The notes under the pieces were generated by a model. It had not been told where the DNA came from. It saw only the letters and a program-made list of their open reading frames with translations, and made no database searches. From Octopus bimaculoides (Eukaryota), in the NCBI RefSeq assembly GCF_001194135.2, contig NC_068982.1, positions 171,852,242 through 171,887,368 of the forward strand: a stretch of 35,127 nucleotides of DNA, read 5' to 3'. Positions 33,294 through 35,127 of this stretch are shown here, piece by piece (the stretch's first letter is position 1; the number at the start of each line of letters is the position of its first letter). The translations under genes and the position numbers were made by a program.

Positions 33294-33335
33294 CTGTCTT
33301 TGACGTTTCGAAGTCAGCCACTTCTTCAGAAAATT
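33294..33335 (-). ncRNA. Minimal type-I hammerhead ribozyme-like motif (core intact, stem II degenerate)
   Basis: Reverse complement TTTT-CTGAAGA-A-GTGGCTGACTTC-GAAAC-GTC-AAAG. Confidence 0.6.
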
Positions 33336-33548
33336 AGACCGAGAAAAAAAAGACATATATGAACGAAACTTTCGGTCCCTAAACAAGGTTGAAACTTCTT
33401 CCAATAAGAATGGTAACGTATCGTGTATATGCTCATTTTTGAGTCCTATCTGACCTGCTTGTTGAACAAAATCGTTATATAAACCGGTGGATAAGCACAA
33501 GGTGAAGCCTCAGCGCGGCCACAGCCCAATGGCTGAAACAAGTAAAAG

Positions 33549-33859
33549 ATGTGTGCCCCATCTAGAGTGAGGATCATGTACTTGGGATCCAAGGCCCTAC
33601 AGCAATTCAACGCCCTGCCAAAACATCTGAGGGATCTTCATGGAGTGGGAGTAAATGTTTTCAAGAAACAACTTGATCTCCTGCTATCCAAAGTGCCGGA
33701 TGAACCAATATCAAGGCAGGAAGCTCAAAAGAGGGCAGCAGTGGTGAACTCCCTCCTTCACTAAAAGCCTATCACAAGATTGGGCCGTTGAAAAAGTGAT
33801 TATACTAGCGGTGACCCAGCATGGCTACAACCTTAGGGCTGAAACGGATTAAATAATAA

Positions 33860-33860
<1 letters not shown>
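33549..33860 (+). mobile_element. 3' end of a CR1/L2-type LINE (ORF2 C-terminus, 3' UTR and tail)
   Basis: Peptide YLGSKALQQFNALPKHLRDLHGVGVNVFKKQLDLLLSKVPDEP fits the 'g..lfN.LP..lr......FK..Ld..l' terminal motif of the CR1/L2 group; tail GCGGTGACCCAGCATGGCTACAACC..GGCTGAAAC. Confidence 0.8.
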
Positions 33861-33907
<47 letters not shown>

Positions 33908-34194
33908 GCACGTGTATTTGTGTGTACACTTGTGTGCATGTCTGTGACCTAATAGAATGTGTAAGCTCATTAGAGTGTACTTATAATTGTGATTCTGTCG
34001 AGCTATATGCGTATCTATAGTAGATGCATTCACACACACACACACCCATACACATCTATACACAAACATACACACACACATACACATCTACATACATACA
34101 TTCACATACACATAGGAAAAGGCCAAAACACGTTACTATTCTCTTTTACCTAAATTTTCTCCTTTTTCCTCTTCTTTCTTCCAATTTCTCTCTC

Positions 34195-34257
34195 TTCCCC
34201 TTTAATCTTTCTCATTCTTTTCTCTTTCCCTCTCTTTCTTGCTCTTCTTTCCCTCCC

Positions 34258-34301
<44 letters not shown>

Positions 34302-34340
34302 GGCACTACCATTTATTTATCTATCTTCTGTTTATCTGTC
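34195..34340 (+). repeat. Pyrimidine tract / (CT)n
   Basis: Direct reading. Confidence 0.9.
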
Positions 34341-34532
34341 TTTTCCTCTAACCGTCTTCCATCATATCTCACCCACATTTCAATCACTGAACCCTGAAAC
34401 CTTGACAGTAAACCCATGCCAGCCCCCTCACAGCGAACAGCTGTTGTGGGCTTGGGAAGAGGGGATTGGCGCAGCCAAGGGGGACGAAATGGAGGTGTGT
34501 ATGCGTGTGAAGGGGATAACTATCTGACTGTT

Positions 34533-34565
<33 letters not shown>

Positions 34566-34898
34566 GCACATACATACATACGCACACGCACGAAATTTCA
34601 CGCATCCACACGCATATACATTTTTCAATGATGATCTGTGTGTGTGTGAGTTTGCATGAGTGAATATACACCCATATATCACAATTTTTCCTTAAAACAC
34701 ACACATATAGTTGTGGGTGTGTGTGTGTATGTGTGTGTGTGTGTGTGTGTTCTGTGTGTGTGTACATAACTTTAACTCCTGTATGTATATATATTAATGT
34801 ACAAGATCATACACACATGTAAATACACCTGTGCCTGTATGTAAGTGTATTTTATGTTTCATGGTACACAGATACTACACATACAAACACACGCGCGC

Positions 34899-34900
<2 letters not shown>

Positions 34901-34956
<56 letters not shown>

Positions 34957-34970
34957 TCTTACACACACAT
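34901..34970 (+). repeat. (CT)n(CA)n microsatellite
   Basis: Direct reading. Confidence 0.95.
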
Positions 34971-35127
34971 ACATATTGTAATTGAAACATATACATTAAC
35001 ATATCCATACCTTAGATTTATAAATATATCCATGATGCTTCTTGTATTTCTGTGCGTGATTTATATAAATACAACGTATGTTCAATTACTATAGATATTA
35101 TGTATATATATATATATATATATATAT

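Overview
Eukaryotic, AT-rich, microsatellite-dense genomic DNA from a gapped draft assembly (8 N-runs, about 3.3 kb in total, almost all next to simple repeats). The repeat landscape strongly resembles an octopus (cephalopod) genome; this is inferred from the repeats, not from a database search. No intact protein-coding gene, rRNA, true tRNA gene or CRISPR array is supported, and nearly all ORF-track entries are microsatellite or N-gap artefacts. The window is a fossil bed of mobile elements: an R4/Dong-type LINE (RT + CCHC + REL endonuclease, minus, ~4.2-6.1 kb), Tx1/L1-type LINE fragments, a Penelope-like GIY-YIG fragment (~11.6-12.3 kb), a hATm-like transposase remnant (~14.4-15.2 kb), a Helitron helicase remnant (~27.6-28.4 kb), a CR1/L2-type LINE 3' end (~33.55-33.86 kb) and more than 20 copies of at least four tRNA-derived SINE groups (A-D here). 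The most interesting signals are: (1) seven minimal, mostly degenerate type-I hammerhead-ribozyme-like motifs in Penelope-type repeats, four of them within 1.8 kb; (2) a SINE tail shared with a LINE 3' end in the same window; (3) head-to-tail SINE trimers tied to (ATT)n; (4) several hairpin or inverted-repeat elements around 24.6-25.8 kb; (5) one candidate minus-strand host exon at 30889-31001.
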